A stretch of DNA of 64,000 nt, taken from assembly GCA_902537815.1 (NCBI GenBank), contig CACBCS010000001.1:19213-83212 (forward strand), read 5' to 3'. This document shows, piece by piece, positions 30,422 to 39,559 of the stretch. The DNA comes from an uncultured Pseudohongiella sp. (GTDB taxonomy: Bacteria; Pseudomonadota; Gammaproteobacteria; Pseudomonadales; Pseudohongiellaceae). Position 1 is the first letter of the stretch. Every line of letters starts with the position of its first letter. The notes beneath the pieces were generated by a model. That model saw nothing but the letters and a program-made list of their open reading frames with translations. It was not told where the DNA came from and did not search any database. A program made the position numbers and the translations under genes.

Positions 30422-31463
30422 GTCTTTTGTTAATCTGCAGTGAATAGACTTTTTCCGCTGTGCCGAAGAACAGGGCATGCTTTTCGTCTTCAGAAAAACG
30501 TAAAGTCATCTTTTTGAAGGCGTTATAAAGCACGTGATAGCTTACGGAAAGCCGGTCGACCGGGAAGTTGCTTTCAAACATGCAGCGCTCAGGGCCGAAA
30601 CTGTCAATCATATGCAGGTAGTACTGCTCCTGCTCCGCAATAATTTCATCTGAGCTGGGTGGTATCTGAGCCTGATGCCACCGGAAGCCGTTATCCGGCA
30701 TCGCCAGCCCGCCAAGTTTTACATAGACATTGGGGAGTCTGGCAAGTCTCTGCATATCCTCCTTCCAGCTTTGATAGATGTCTTCTCTGTGGTTGCGGTA
30801 TATACCCTCTCCAAGAGGTGTTCCGAAGTGGTCCAGTACGACAACACACTCAGGAACTGCCTGTGCGAGCTCAATGAAGTCTGAGTTTTGATGATGATAG
30901 TGCCAGGTGTCATAGGTGTAACCGAGGCTTCCCAGAAGCCTGAGTCCCTCTCTGAAGGCTGGATCGCGATAGAGCTCTTTGGGCGCCGGGCCCGGGATAA
31001 ACAAATCCTCAGGCCTGCCATCGCAAGCCCCGACATGCCTAATGCCGCGAAATTTCCCTTTACAAGCCGCTTGGTGCAGCCCGAGTAATTCAGAAAGCTT
31101 CGGCTCTTCGAGCCTCAAGTCAGCATGCCCGATGATGCCGGCAACAGTGGCGCGGTCGGCAGTGGCGGTGCTTGTAGAGGCCAGTTCGGAGATGTAGCGG
31201 GTTTCGCCCAGAGGTCTGAGATACTCCGGCCCCTCGCGCAGATAAAATGCTCCGCATTCCATGAATACTGTGTGGACCACATTGTGCCCGCTGCCGGTGT
31301 CAGACCAGAGTTCGTCCAGCAAATAATCACTGCCGAAACGCCTTTTCCACAGATGATGATGGGGGTCAATGATAGGTCGATCAGGGTCGATGATTTCTTC
31401 TTTGACCTGATTTAACCAGTCATTGCTCCCCGGTGTCGGTTGCGCCATATCAAGGCTCCTCAC
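30396..31463 (-). CDS. amidohydrolase-2 family metal-dependent hydrolase/decarboxylase
   Basis: 355 aa. IIDPHHHLW metal-binding start and VVLDHFG motif. Overlaps the HAD gene start by 26 nt. Confidence 0.75.
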   Translation of the reverse strand: MRSLDMAQPTPGSNDWLNQVKEEIIDPDRPIIDPHHHLWKRRFGSDYLLDELWSDTGSGHNVVHTVFMECGAFYLREGPEYLRPLGETRYISELASTSTATADRATVAGIIGHADLRLEEPKLSELLGLHQAACKGKFRGIRHVGACDGRPEDLFIPGPAPKELYRDPAFREGLRLLGSLGYTYDTWHYHHQNSDFIELAQAVPECVVVLDHFGTPLGEGIYRNHREDIYQSWKEDMQRLARLPNVYVKLGGLAMPDNGFRWHQAQIPPSSDEIIAEQEQYYLHMIDSFGPERCMFESNFPVDRLSVSYHVLYNAFKKMTLRFSEDEKHALFFGTAEKVYSLQINKRHALHHIDL

Positions 31464-31732
31464 GAATGTGTCGCACGCGTCTTTGGCCCACTGTCTGCGC
31501 TGTGGATACCGGATGCTCTGCTAGTGTAGTATGCAGTCTGCATTGACTTCGATAGCGTTTCAACTTGTTGGCTCTGCTCACAGAGCATCAAGAGCGCTCA
31601 ATCGTGATCATGTCAGCGGCGCGGGCAGCGCCGGGCCAGACAACAGGCAGGCGGGCCGCATGCACCCCAAGGACTGGTGCGACGCCGACAACACAATAAC
31701 AACAAGTCTCATTTCTGCAGCAGGAGCCGCGC

Positions 31733-33274
31733 ATGAGTATGACCGCCACCGTTATCATTCTCTATCTGGGGTTCTTTGCTGCATTCGGCATCTATCTAAA
31801 TCGCAATAACAGTACTGCAAGTGACTGGGCGATCGGGGGTGGCAGCCTCGGTATTTTCATGCTTGCCGCGGGTGTGGCAGGCACTCGCATTGGCGGTGCC
31901 GGGACCTATGGGGTCGCAGGCGATGTGATCAGCGAGGGCCTGGGTCATCTCTGGTACGGAGTAAACTCGTTCGCAGCACTTTTTCTGGTGGGCATGTTTT
32001 TTGCGATTCCCTATCGCCGTCTTCAGGTTGTCAGTGTGGGTCAGGTCTTCGACTACCGGTTTGGTTCCTATCGGTGCCAATGGCTTACCAGCCTTTGCGT
32101 GCAGGCTGAGTATCTGGTCGTGAACATTATCGAGCCCTATGTCATTGGCTCAATTGTCAGCGGTGTGACCGGCCTGCCGTTCGTTGTAGGGGTTGCCATC
32201 GGAGGCTTCCTGATTGTGACGTTCACAGTGACAGGGGGGCTTAAAGGCACCGCTATTGCCAACGTCGTCCATTGTTCTGTGATTATTCTCGGCTTACTGC
32301 TGGTTGGCACAATAGCCATGAATAACCTTGGAGGCTGGGAAGCCGTGACGACACTGGCTGACGGCATGCTGGCTGACGCGGGTAAAGAGCAGTCGAGTTG
32401 GTGGAGCTTCACTGGCATTGGTTGGGCGACCATTATTGCCCTCTTTATCTCTGCGACGATTCACACTCCGGCTGCGTCGGTGTACGCCAATTACGCGAGT
32501 TCGGCCGCAAAGCAGGACTACCTGATTCCCGGGTTCTTTCTGGCCGGAATCATTGCGGCCTTGATGCCCCTGGTGGCTGGTTTTATCGGTATTCTGACTA
32601 TGGCGACATACGGGTCTGAAAGCGGCCTGACCAGCTATCTGAATATCGCGCAGCTGGCCATGGACACCGGGCCGATTCTCGGTGGCATTGCTCTGGCCGC
32701 GGTGTTGGCGGCGGTCATTTCGTCCGGCGCGCCGATTCTGCTAGCCAGCGCTACCATGTTTGTGAATGACTGGATTCCCGCAGCCAAAGAATATGACTCC
32801 GACCGCAAGCTGCGCGCCTACAAAATAGTGACGGTGCTTTACGGTACTGCAGCGGCAGTGATCGCCTGGTTGGGAAATATCAGCTCGGTTCTGCAACTGC
32901 TGCTGTTGGGCTTTGCGATGGTTGTGCCCCCGGCTATCGCGGTCGGATATGTGTTTTACTGGCGGCGGACAACTGAGCAGGGCGTGTTCTGGGGTATGGC
33001 GATCGGGTTTGCAGGTGGATTGGTGATGTGGTTGTTCAACACGCTGTTCGGCGGGGCGGAAAATGCCACAGCCGGCGGGTTTGCGCAGGCATGGTATGAA
33101 CTGATCGCCTATCTTGGTGAATGGCGGGACCCCTCATTTCTGACCCTAATGCTGCCTTTGATAGTGATCCCGGCCGTAAGCCTGATGGGATCCAGACCAG
33201 ACGGTGATGAAGAGAGAGCTAAGTCTTTCTATGTCAGGCTGGGAAGCATCAAGCGAAACTTCGATTGGGCCTGA
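31733..33274 (+). CDS. sodium:solute symporter (SSS) family transporter
   Basis: 513 aa, about 13 TM. GGGSLGIFMLAAGVAGTRIGGAGTYG block. Confidence 0.85.
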   Translation: MSMTATVIILYLGFFAAFGIYLNRNNSTASDWAIGGGSLGIFMLAAGVAGTRIGGAGTYGVAGDVISEGLGHLWYGVNSFAALFLVGMFFAIPYRRLQVVSVGQVFDYRFGSYRCQWLTSLCVQAEYLVVNIIEPYVIGSIVSGVTGLPFVVGVAIGGFLIVTFTVTGGLKGTAIANVVHCSVIILGLLLVGTIAMNNLGGWEAVTTLADGMLADAGKEQSSWWSFTGIGWATIIALFISATIHTPAASVYANYASSAAKQDYLIPGFFLAGIIAALMPLVAGFIGILTMATYGSESGLTSYLNIAQLAMDTGPILGGIALAAVLAAVISSGAPILLASATMFVNDWIPAAKEYDSDRKLRAYKIVTVLYGTAAAVIAWLGNISSVLQLLLLGFAMVVPPAIAVGYVFYWRRTTEQGVFWGMAIGFAGGLVMWLFNTLFGGAENATAGGFAQAWYELIAYLGEWRDPSFLTLMLPLIVIPAVSLMGSRPDGDEERAKSFYVRLGSIKRNFDWA

Positions 33275-33285
33275 GTTTTTTACTA

Positions 33286-34839
33286 TCAGCTGCCTGCCTG
33301 AATCAGAAACGGTCCCGGGGTCGCATAGCTTTTCTCCAGCAGCGTGCAGAAGTCTTCAGCCGACTGCGCTTTGGCCCCGGGTACGCCGAACCCCTTGGCA
33401 AGATCTACCCAGTCGATTTCCGGATTGCCGATGTCGAACAGGCTGTTTGCAATGTCGCCCGGATTCTCAACGCCCAGTCTGGCGTATTCCACGTTAAGAA
33501 TGTTGTAGGAATTGTTGGCGAATATTACGGTGGTGACATTCTGCTGTTCTCTGGCCTGAGTCCAGAGGCACTGAATGGTGTAAGCGGCCCCGCCATCTCC
33601 CAGCAAGGCCAGTACCGGTCGGTCGGGGCAGGCCAGCGCCGCACCCGTTGCACAGGGTCCTCCCTGACCAATTGCGCCTCCTGTAAGACTGAGCCAGCTA
33701 TTGGGGGCCGTGTTCTGACAAAACGGATAGGCAGCGTTTCCGCCGCCGGAATCGGTGCAGACGATGACGTCTTCCGGCATTGTGGCGGCAATAGCCTGAA
33801 CCGTCGATTTGTTGTCCAGTTCTCCCGTGGGTTTACCGATGTCTGCTTTCTGAAAACGCGTAACTTCTGATTGCATCGCGCCGAGGCGTTCGGCCACCCG
33901 CTGAAGTGCCTCAAGGGAATCTTCTTCAATGAAGGACAGCCGGGACACTTTGCAACCCTCCGGCACCATCTGTCCGGGAATTCCGCGGTAGGCAAAAAAT
34001 GAAGCCGGGATTTCGCCGCCCACCAGAATGAGGTGCTCGGTGCCTTTCAGAGCGGCCAGTATTTGTTCCGGAAAATAAGGCAGTCTTTCAACGGAAACCC
34101 GGCCCGGCCCGCCATCTACGCGAGCGGGGAAGGTGCTATTCAGCAAGCGGCATCCGGTCTTGCTCGCGATGCGGCTGGCAACCTCCATGGCCGCCTGCTC
34201 GGCGCCCTGATTTTCCAGAAGCAGCGCCGTTTTTCCTCCCTTGGACAGGATATTGGCAACTTCTATGACGGCGGTTTCATTCACCGTGGCGCGGACGGGT
34301 TCTGGGTTGGGACTGACGGGGCCGTGACTGTCTCCCCAGGCGGCGTCTGCTCCCATAATCAACGTTGCGATCTGTCCGGTGGTGCCCGAGCTTTGTCGAA
34401 GCGAGGCGGTGTAAGCATCTGCGCCATCCTGGGCTAGGGTTTCCGACGTTGAGCAAGACTTTATCCAGCAGGAGAAATTCCTCGCCAGAGTGTCAATGTC
34501 AGAGGTGAGCGGCGCATCAAAGCCCACGTGATAATTAGGATGATTGCCAATAATGTTGATCATTGGTGCATTGCCCCGGCGCGCATTGTGCAAATTGGCA
34601 ATACCATTGGCCATGCCGGGTCCCAGATGGAGCAACGTTGCCGCCGGTTTCCCGGTCATTCGGCCGACGCCGTCGGCAGCACCGGTGCAGACACCTTCGA
34701 ACAAGGCCAGTACCGATTTCATTTTCGGTACCGCATCCAGGGCCTGAACCAGATGCATTTCCGAGGTGCCGGGGTTAGCTATACAAAAGTCTACGCCGCA
34801 GTCGGCGAGCGTATTGATCAGTGCGGTGGCGCCGTTCAT
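33286..34839 (-). CDS. thiamine-diphosphate-dependent enzyme (acetolactate synthase large-subunit-like)
   Basis: 517 aa. N-terminal Pyr domain (GVDFCIANPGTSEMHLV) and C-terminal PP domain GDGGAAY...NN. Confidence 0.85.
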   Translation of the reverse strand: MNGATALINTLADCGVDFCIANPGTSEMHLVQALDAVPKMKSVLALFEGVCTGAADGVGRMTGKPAATLLHLGPGMANGIANLHNARRGNAPMINIIGNHPNYHVGFDAPLTSDIDTLARNFSCWIKSCSTSETLAQDGADAYTASLRQSSGTTGQIATLIMGADAAWGDSHGPVSPNPEPVRATVNETAVIEVANILSKGGKTALLLENQGAEQAAMEVASRIASKTGCRLLNSTFPARVDGGPGRVSVERLPYFPEQILAALKGTEHLILVGGEIPASFFAYRGIPGQMVPEGCKVSRLSFIEEDSLEALQRVAERLGAMQSEVTRFQKADIGKPTGELDNKSTVQAIAATMPEDVIVCTDSGGGNAAYPFCQNTAPNSWLSLTGGAIGQGGPCATGAALACPDRPVLALLGDGGAAYTIQCLWTQAREQQNVTTVIFANNSYNILNVEYARLGVENPGDIANSLFDIGNPEIDWVDLAKGFGVPGAKAQSAEDFCTLLEKSYATPGPFLIQAGS

Positions 34840-35071
34840 TCTGACATCCTGAATGTTAGTGTTGTTGCGATGCGGACCTTAATCATAGCATCAAGTTCGC
34901 CTTGGAGTAGGGCCACCGGCACGGATATGACACTATGGACACCTCTATTGGTGCGGTGGGTGGTCAGTAAAACCGCTTCGGATTTCTCGCTTGAGCCGGT
35001 TTGGCACTGCCTCCGTATAGAAATTCAGGTACACTCCGTCAGACGTCACACTGAAAAATTTGGAGATTCAT

Positions 35072-36037
35072 ATGAAGGCTCATGCACTCGCAGCTGTTAT
35101 CACTGGGCTGCTTTCCACAGGCCAGGTGCTGGCACAGGGCACGTATTCAACGGAGCGTACTCAATGGGGCCAACCTGATCTTCAGGGAGTCTGGAATTTT
35201 AGCTCAGTGATTCCTCTTGAGCGCCCGGCATTTTTTGGTGACAAGACTGAGTTAACGCCGCAGGAAATTGAGGCCTTCAAAGCGCAGACTGAATTGGGTC
35301 TCGAGGCGCTGAATAATCAGGGTGTCGGGGGATATAACACCTTCTGGACTGAGATGGGCAACGGGGATGATAACCGGACCGCCAGGCTGGTCTATCCTGA
35401 GAACGGTAAGCTTCCAGCAACTGTTGAAGGTGTGCCTGTGCAGGTTGGCGGTTTGGGGCCTGATGAACCCGGCGAGCGCCCGGTACGCATGGTGGTCGGC
35501 GGTATCGCCAAAAATGGGCCGGAGGACAGAGGTCTCTCCGAGCGATGCATCGTCGGCTTCAATTCGGGGCCTCCATTTGAGCCAAACCTCTATAACAACA
35601 ATGTTCAGGTTATCCAGAATAAGGACACCGCCGTAATCATGACGGAAATGATTCACGACGCGCGAATTGTTCCGCTGGATAACCGCCCTGGTCTTGATGA
35701 CGATATCAGGCTCTGGACAGGCGATTCGCGCGGCTACTGGGAAGGGGATACGCTGGTGATTGAGACCAAAAATTTCAATAGCCTGACCCAGAGTTTCAGC
35801 GTCTACGGATCTGCCGAAAACAAAGTGCTGACCGAGCGATTCACGCGAACAGGGCCGTTTACCATGGAGTACGAGTACACGCTTGAAGACCCTGCGACCT
35901 TTACTGACAAAATTCAGGTGATGACTGTGATGTCTAAAGTGGATGGGCAGCTGTATGAATATGCCTGTCATGAAGGCAATTACGGTATGGTCAACATTCT
36001 TCGGGGCGAGCGCATGGCGGAAGCGCGAGGAAGTTAA
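35072..36037 (+). CDS. secreted protein of unknown function
   Basis: Signal peptide MKAHALAAVITGLLSTGQVLAQ. Acidic, Gly/Asn/Thr-rich mature part. I recognise no family. Confidence 0.5.
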   Translation: MKAHALAAVITGLLSTGQVLAQGTYSTERTQWGQPDLQGVWNFSSVIPLERPAFFGDKTELTPQEIEAFKAQTELGLEALNNQGVGGYNTFWTEMGNGDDNRTARLVYPENGKLPATVEGVPVQVGGLGPDEPGERPVRMVVGGIAKNGPEDRGLSERCIVGFNSGPPFEPNLYNNNVQVIQNKDTAVIMTEMIHDARIVPLDNRPGLDDDIRLWTGDSRGYWEGDTLVIETKNFNSLTQSFSVYGSAENKVLTERFTRTGPFTMEYEYTLEDPATFTDKIQVMTVMSKVDGQLYEYACHEGNYGMVNILRGERMAEARGS

Positions 36038-36085
36038 GCAGGCCGGAGTGGTCTCGATAACCCGGGCAAGCGTCATCATCTAGCC

Positions 36086-36116
36086 AAAAAAAGGCCGGCG
36101 ACAGTCGGCTTTTTTG
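36086..36116 (+). terminator. rho-independent (bidirectional-type) terminator
   Basis: A7-GGCCGGC(GACA)GTCGGC-T6 hairpin 50 nt after the stop at 36037. Confidence 0.7.
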
Positions 36117-36232
36117 TGCGCCTGTTCGGGCTGACCGGAGCACAACCGGGTGCTGTCTTGATCTAATTACCTTCTCTGATACGATGATGACTTCCCAGTT
36201 CTCCGACGCATCTAGTGGGTACTTCAGAAGCA

Positions 36233-37600
36233 ATGAAACCAGTGGGCTTTCTGACTCTAATCAGCATCCGACGATGGCTCACCCTGACCACGTTCCTGTT
36301 GCTCACATTCAACGGTACTGTCCTCGCCCAGCTGCCGCCTCCTGATCAGGCTGAAACGGCAATACCCGCTGATCTGAATGGCCTGCACTTCTACCTGATC
36401 ACGGTGGATGTGGGGAACAATGTCTGGGACAATTTTGGGCACACTGCGCTTCGTCTTTATGACGAAAATACAAACATCGATATGGTATTCAACTGGGGGG
36501 TGTTTGACATCAGTGGCGGCGTGGTCGACTTCTCCTACAATTTTTTTAAAGGCGTGATGAACTATCGTCTTGCGACCAGCTTGCCAAGCCGTGAATTCGA
36601 TGTCTATCGCGCCCAGGGCAGAACGGTTTGGCAGGATCGCATCAATCTGACCAATCCGCAGAAAGAAAAACTTTACCGCCGGTTGATGTGGAATCTGCAG
36701 GCGGAAAATCTCACCTATGAATACCATTATTTCTTTGATAACTGCACAACTCGCGTCCGTGACTATCTGGATGAAGCTCTTGGCGGGGCTATCTCTGCTC
36801 AATACAGCGGCGTCACGGGAAAGACGTTCCGCGATTACATACGCGAGCACTACGCTTCACTTTCATTGATCGGCTTTTCGCTGGACGTGCTGATGAACAG
36901 CAATATCGACCGGCAGGTGAGCGAATGGGAGGACATGTTCCTACCCCTGAGTTTACGCCAACGTCTGCAGGCGATGAGTTCTGTTGTGGGCGGCGCTGAG
37001 CAAATCCTGCCGCTACTGTCAGACCATCAGCAGATGATGGAATTTTCACCACCTACCGTTCAGCAGAGTGGATATCAGATCGCGTCGGTGGGATTGCTGG
37101 TGCCTGTGTTGGTTCTGCTGGTAATGTTGAAGCGGATACCCATGTCCTACTTCGCGACGCATGCGCGCATCAGTCTCAGAGCCGCCGGACTGAGCTTCCG
37201 CTTGCTTGGGTTAGTGGGTGTGGTGACGGCTTTATTCAGCGGTGTCCTGGGTTTGCTGATGTTGAGCAGCTGGTTTGTCTCGGACCACATTGATACGCAC
37301 CACAACTTCAATCTGCTCCTGTTCTGGCCTACCGATTTGCTGGGCGTAGTAATCGCACTTCGATGGCTGCTTTTCTGTCGTCCCTGGCCAATGAGTCATA
37401 ACAGTGCGCCTTTTATCAACAATTACCTGCTGGCTCATGTAGTTGCCATGCTTGCCTATGGCGTTGCCGCCATTTTCGAATTGATTGACCAGGTTATTGT
37501 CGACCTGGCGGTAAATGTAGTGCCCGGGTTGTTGCTCTTTACCCTACTGATCTGGCTAGTGGGTTTCGAACCTGCCAGATCCAAGAACATGTTCTTGTAA
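36233..37600 (+). CDS. DUF4105 (Lnb N-terminal periplasmic domain) protein with C-terminal polytopic membrane region
   Basis: WDNFGHTALRLYDE...VFNWG block typical of DUF4105. About 6 C-terminal TM helices. Confidence 0.65.
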   Translation: MKPVGFLTLISIRRWLTLTTFLLLTFNGTVLAQLPPPDQAETAIPADLNGLHFYLITVDVGNNVWDNFGHTALRLYDENTNIDMVFNWGVFDISGGVVDFSYNFFKGVMNYRLATSLPSREFDVYRAQGRTVWQDRINLTNPQKEKLYRRLMWNLQAENLTYEYHYFFDNCTTRVRDYLDEALGGAISAQYSGVTGKTFRDYIREHYASLSLIGFSLDVLMNSNIDRQVSEWEDMFLPLSLRQRLQAMSSVVGGAEQILPLLSDHQQMMEFSPPTVQQSGYQIASVGLLVPVLVLLVMLKRIPMSYFATHARISLRAAGLSFRLLGLVGVVTALFSGVLGLLMLSSWFVSDHIDTHHNFNLLLFWPTDLLGVVIALRWLLFCRPWPMSHNSAPFINNYLLAHVVAMLAYGVAAIFELIDQVIVDLAVNVVPGLLLFTLLIWLVGFEPARSKNMFL

Positions 37601-37618
37601 TTACGGAGGCCGGTCGCG

Positions 37619-38596
37619 ATGGGTGAAGCAGGCAAGTTATGTATTAGTCCGAGGGCGGAGAAAGCCGCGAGTCTTGAAGAGTTCGCTCAGAAAATTGCTG
37701 ACTCGGCGGCACGTTTGCCCCAGATCGAAGATGGAACCCCTGAGCAGGTTCGTGCCTGGCGCAAAAAGCGAGGCAATCCCTTTGCGCCTTCGCTGAGGGT
37801 GATGCGCAAGACTCAAGATCTCATGATTCCCTTGAGCCGTGGACAAGTGAAGGTTCGGCATTACAGACCCGAAAATGCAGCGCTGGCCAGTGCTGCGTGC
37901 TGTATTTATTTCCACGGTGGGGGCTTTGTGCTCGGCGATGTCGATGAATACGACACGCTCACCCAGCATCTGGCTGCTAACAGCGGTTGTCATGTCCTGT
38001 CGGTGGACTACGAACTGGCTCCCGCCAGCAAGGTAAAACAAATCCATCAGGACGGTCTAGAGGTCTATCGCTGGGTTCGCGAACACGGGACTGATCTCGG
38101 AATTGACTCGGACCGGATTGCGCTGGCCGGAGACAGCGCCGGTGGCAATCTTACGGCAGCCGTGACGCTGGCGTGTAAAAGGGAGGGTGTCCCGCAACCC
38201 CGGTTCCAGGTGCTGATTTATCCGTCCGTCGATCCAGCAATGAAGTTCCAGTCAGTGGAGGAATTTGCTGAAGGGTATTTTTTGACAAAAGCTGGAATGA
38301 CCTGGTTCCGGCGGCATTATCTGGAATCGCCGGATCAGGCTCTGGATCCTGAATTGAGGTTTCTGAGCCGGGATCTGGTTGGTCTGGCACCTGCGATGGT
38401 GATCACTGCCGGCTTCGATCCTCTCAGAGACGAAGGGCAGGCCTATGCGGACAAACTCAAAGAGAGTGATGTGAGGGTAGAGCACATTTGTTACACCGAT
38501 CAGATTCATGCATTTCTGTCATTCGCTGGAGGTATCCGGGCAGGGGATGATGCCCTGCGTCGAATCGGAACTGCCTTGCAGACAGAATTGGCCTGA
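37619..38596 (+). CDS. alpha/beta hydrolase, hormone-sensitive-lipase-type esterase
   Basis: HGGGF oxyanion motif, GDSAGGNL nucleophile elbow, and DPLRDEG / H near the C-terminus. Confidence 0.8.
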   Translation: MGEAGKLCISPRAEKAASLEEFAQKIADSAARLPQIEDGTPEQVRAWRKKRGNPFAPSLRVMRKTQDLMIPLSRGQVKVRHYRPENAALASAACCIYFHGGGFVLGDVDEYDTLTQHLAANSGCHVLSVDYELAPASKVKQIHQDGLEVYRWVREHGTDLGIDSDRIALAGDSAGGNLTAAVTLACKREGVPQPRFQVLIYPSVDPAMKFQSVEEFAEGYFLTKAGMTWFRRHYLESPDQALDPELRFLSRDLVGLAPAMVITAGFDPLRDEGQAYADKLKESDVRVEHICYTDQIHAFLSFAGGIRAGDDALRRIGTALQTELA

Positions 38597-38606
38597 TTCG
38601 GAGTCG

Positions 38607-38635
38607 AAAAAAAGGCCGAGCCTTTCGGCTCGACC
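38607..38635 (-). terminator. rho-independent terminator of the Pal-like gene
   Basis: On the minus strand, GGTCGAGCC-GAAA-GGCTCGGCC is followed by T7. Confidence 0.7.
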
Positions 38636-38692
38636 GATCTTCCATAACGGCTGGACTGAAGCTTTTGTGCTGTCAGTCAATGTCTTTGTCAA

Positions 38693-39220
38693 TCAGGGGT
38701 CGATGATTTCAACCCGACGGTTGCGCTGGTAGGCGGCATCACCGGTAGAGCGATCTGCTGGACGCTCTTCGCCATAACTGACGACCTCGATCTGATTGCG
38801 TGCAGCGCCGTTTACAATCAGATAGTTCAGAATGCCGTTCGCCCGTCGCTCGCCAAGTGCCAGGTTATATTCGCGGGTTCCCCGTTCGTCAGCATGACCT
38901 TCCAAGCGGACTCGCTTGCTAGGATTGGCGGCAAGGTCGCGGGCATGGTAGGTCAGCACATCGCGGTCTGATCCGCGGAATTCGGAAACGTCAAAATCGA
39001 AGTAGAAGATCCGGGTTGCCAGCGCAGACCGGCGTGCTCTTTCTTCTGCCGCGGCCGCAGCGGCTTCGGCGGCGCTCTGGCCGCTTTCGCTCGAGCTGTT
39101 GGTGGTCTGCTCAGTCTGGCTGCTGTCTGCAGCGGTGTCTTCGCTAGTCGAGCTACAGGCTGCAAGCCCGCCGAGCGCAAAGATAACAAAGGCCAATTTT
39201 GTCAGTTGAGTTATTTTCAT
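38693..39220 (-). CDS. OmpA-family peptidoglycan-associated lipoprotein (Pal-like)
   Basis: Lipobox LAAC, Ser/Ala-rich linker, and OmpA-like domain (LEGHADERGTREYNLALGERRA...NRRVEI). Start taken at the internal ATG. Not in a tol cluster. Confidence 0.8.
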   Translation of the reverse strand: MKITQLTKLAFVIFALGGLAACSSTSEDTAADSSQTEQTTNSSSESGQSAAEAAAAAAEERARRSALATRIFYFDFDVSEFRGSDRDVLTYHARDLAANPSKRVRLEGHADERGTREYNLALGERRANGILNYLIVNGAARNQIEVVSYGEERPADRSTGDAAYQRNRRVEIIDP

Positions 39221-39559
39221 GGCGACTCCAGAGATCAGAAGACCCGATTTAAAAAATAGAACCAATACAGTGTGTTAACTAGAGATGAAAGCATACTGCA
39301 TTTAATCGCGCAAATCTATTGGCCGCAAGCATTTTTCATCGTTCTCAGCGGGAATATTTGTGCTGACGCTCTGTCGTTACCGCTGCCCAGTTATTCGTCG
39401 AACGATCGTTCGGTTTTTGTTTCACTCCGCGGTCGGTGGTGGTAACCTTTCGATCCTGTGTTGGCGTGGTTTCAGTGTTGCCAATTTACATCGCAACAAG
39501 CACCGCAATTCCCCCACGCTGCCAATGACTCAAAAATTCCTGGTTTTAGGAGAAACGAC

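Noticed and set aside
31531-31809. 92-aa ORF in the leader of the SSS transporter gene
   Set aside because: It overlaps the transporter start in another frame and has a low-complexity Ala/Gly/Arg composition. It is probably not coding.
35252-36079. 275-aa minus-strand ORF covering almost the whole 35072..36037 gene
   Set aside because: It is Arg/His/Ile-rich with no recognisable motifs. The plus-strand product has a clean signal peptide and a normal composition. This is a typical antisense shadow ORF in GC-rich coding DNA.
36257-36850. 197-aa antisense ORF inside the DUF4105 gene (and the similar 199-aa ORF at 40859..41458 inside an ACAD gene)
   Set aside because: The same reasoning applies: there are no motifs, and the sense strand encodes conserved family blocks.
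38693-39220. Pal-like lipoprotein as part of a Tol-Pal system
   Set aside because: No tolQRAB or ybgF/cpoB genes flank it, so it is just an OmpA-domain lipoprotein. The lone ExbD/TolR at 17365 is 21 kb away and unrelated by context.
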